DNA from: Balanoglossus misakiensis
Lineage: Eukaryota > Animalia > Hemichordata
Direction: 5' to 3'
Length of the DNA stretch: 64,000 bases
Assembly (NCBI GenBank): GCA_040954595.2
Contig: CM082580.2
Coordinates: forward strand, 424,783 to 488,782
In this document: in pieces, positions 63,647-64,000 of the stretch
Layout: each line of letters begins with the position of its first letter
Numbering within the stretch: the stretch's first letter is position 1
Position numbers and translations under genes: made by a program
Notes under the pieces: generated by a model
Seen by the model: only the letters and a program-made list of their open reading frames with translations
Databases searched by the model: none
What the model was told of the DNA's origin: nothing

Positions 63647-64000
63647 AACACTGCTGCTGGAGGGAGTGTAATATTTGTAACGACGTCGCCACCTAATACT
63701 GTACTGGAGGTATGAACTTAAACTTGTAACGACGCCGCCACCTAATACTGTACTGGAGAGATGAAGTTAATACTTGTAACGACGCCGCCACCTAATACTG
63801 TACTGGAGAGATGAACTTAATACTTGTAACGACGCCGCCACCTAATACTGTACTGGAGAGATGAAGTTAATACTTGTAACGACGCCGCCACCTAATACTG
63901 TACTGGAGAGATGAAGTTAATACTTGTAACGACGCCGCCACCTAATACTGTACTGGAGAGATGAAGTTAATACTTGTAACGACGCCGCCACCTAATACTG
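63647..64000. repeat. 50-bp tandem repeat (minisatellite), open at the right edge
   Basis: Unit acttgtaacgacgccgccacctaatactgtactggagagatgaa(g/c)ttaat at 63722, 63772, 63822 and onward, with degenerate first copies from 63647. Confidence 0.96.

Overview
Eukaryotic (metazoan) DNA, AT-rich and repeat-dominated. The transposon mix suggests a marine invertebrate, but this is inference and the species cannot be identified from the sequence. 1-21650 is one head-to-tail satellite array with a 78-bp monomer, phased A/T tracts and several local higher-order repeats, ending at a sharp junction. 21651-64000 is mostly a nest of transposon remnants: a degraded APE-RT LINE, two L2-type 3' fragments, an intron-containing hAT (ZNF862-like) transposase pseudogene, TTAA-targeting (Kolobok-type), PIF/Harbinger, Tc1/mariner and P-like MITEs, a 4-kb foldback element built of ~170-bp repeats, and stacked Helentron/DINE-like elements. 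The best host-gene candidates are a Pro/Thr/Gln-rich exon with a PPxY motif (35063-35551) and a + strand spliced unit. That unit has a promoter-like region and hairpin first exon near 44.4-45.0 kb, followed by a tandemly duplicated pair of 75/73-nt exons. A 50-bp tandem repeat runs off the right end. No intact protein-coding gene, rRNA, tRNA or CRISPR array could be supported.
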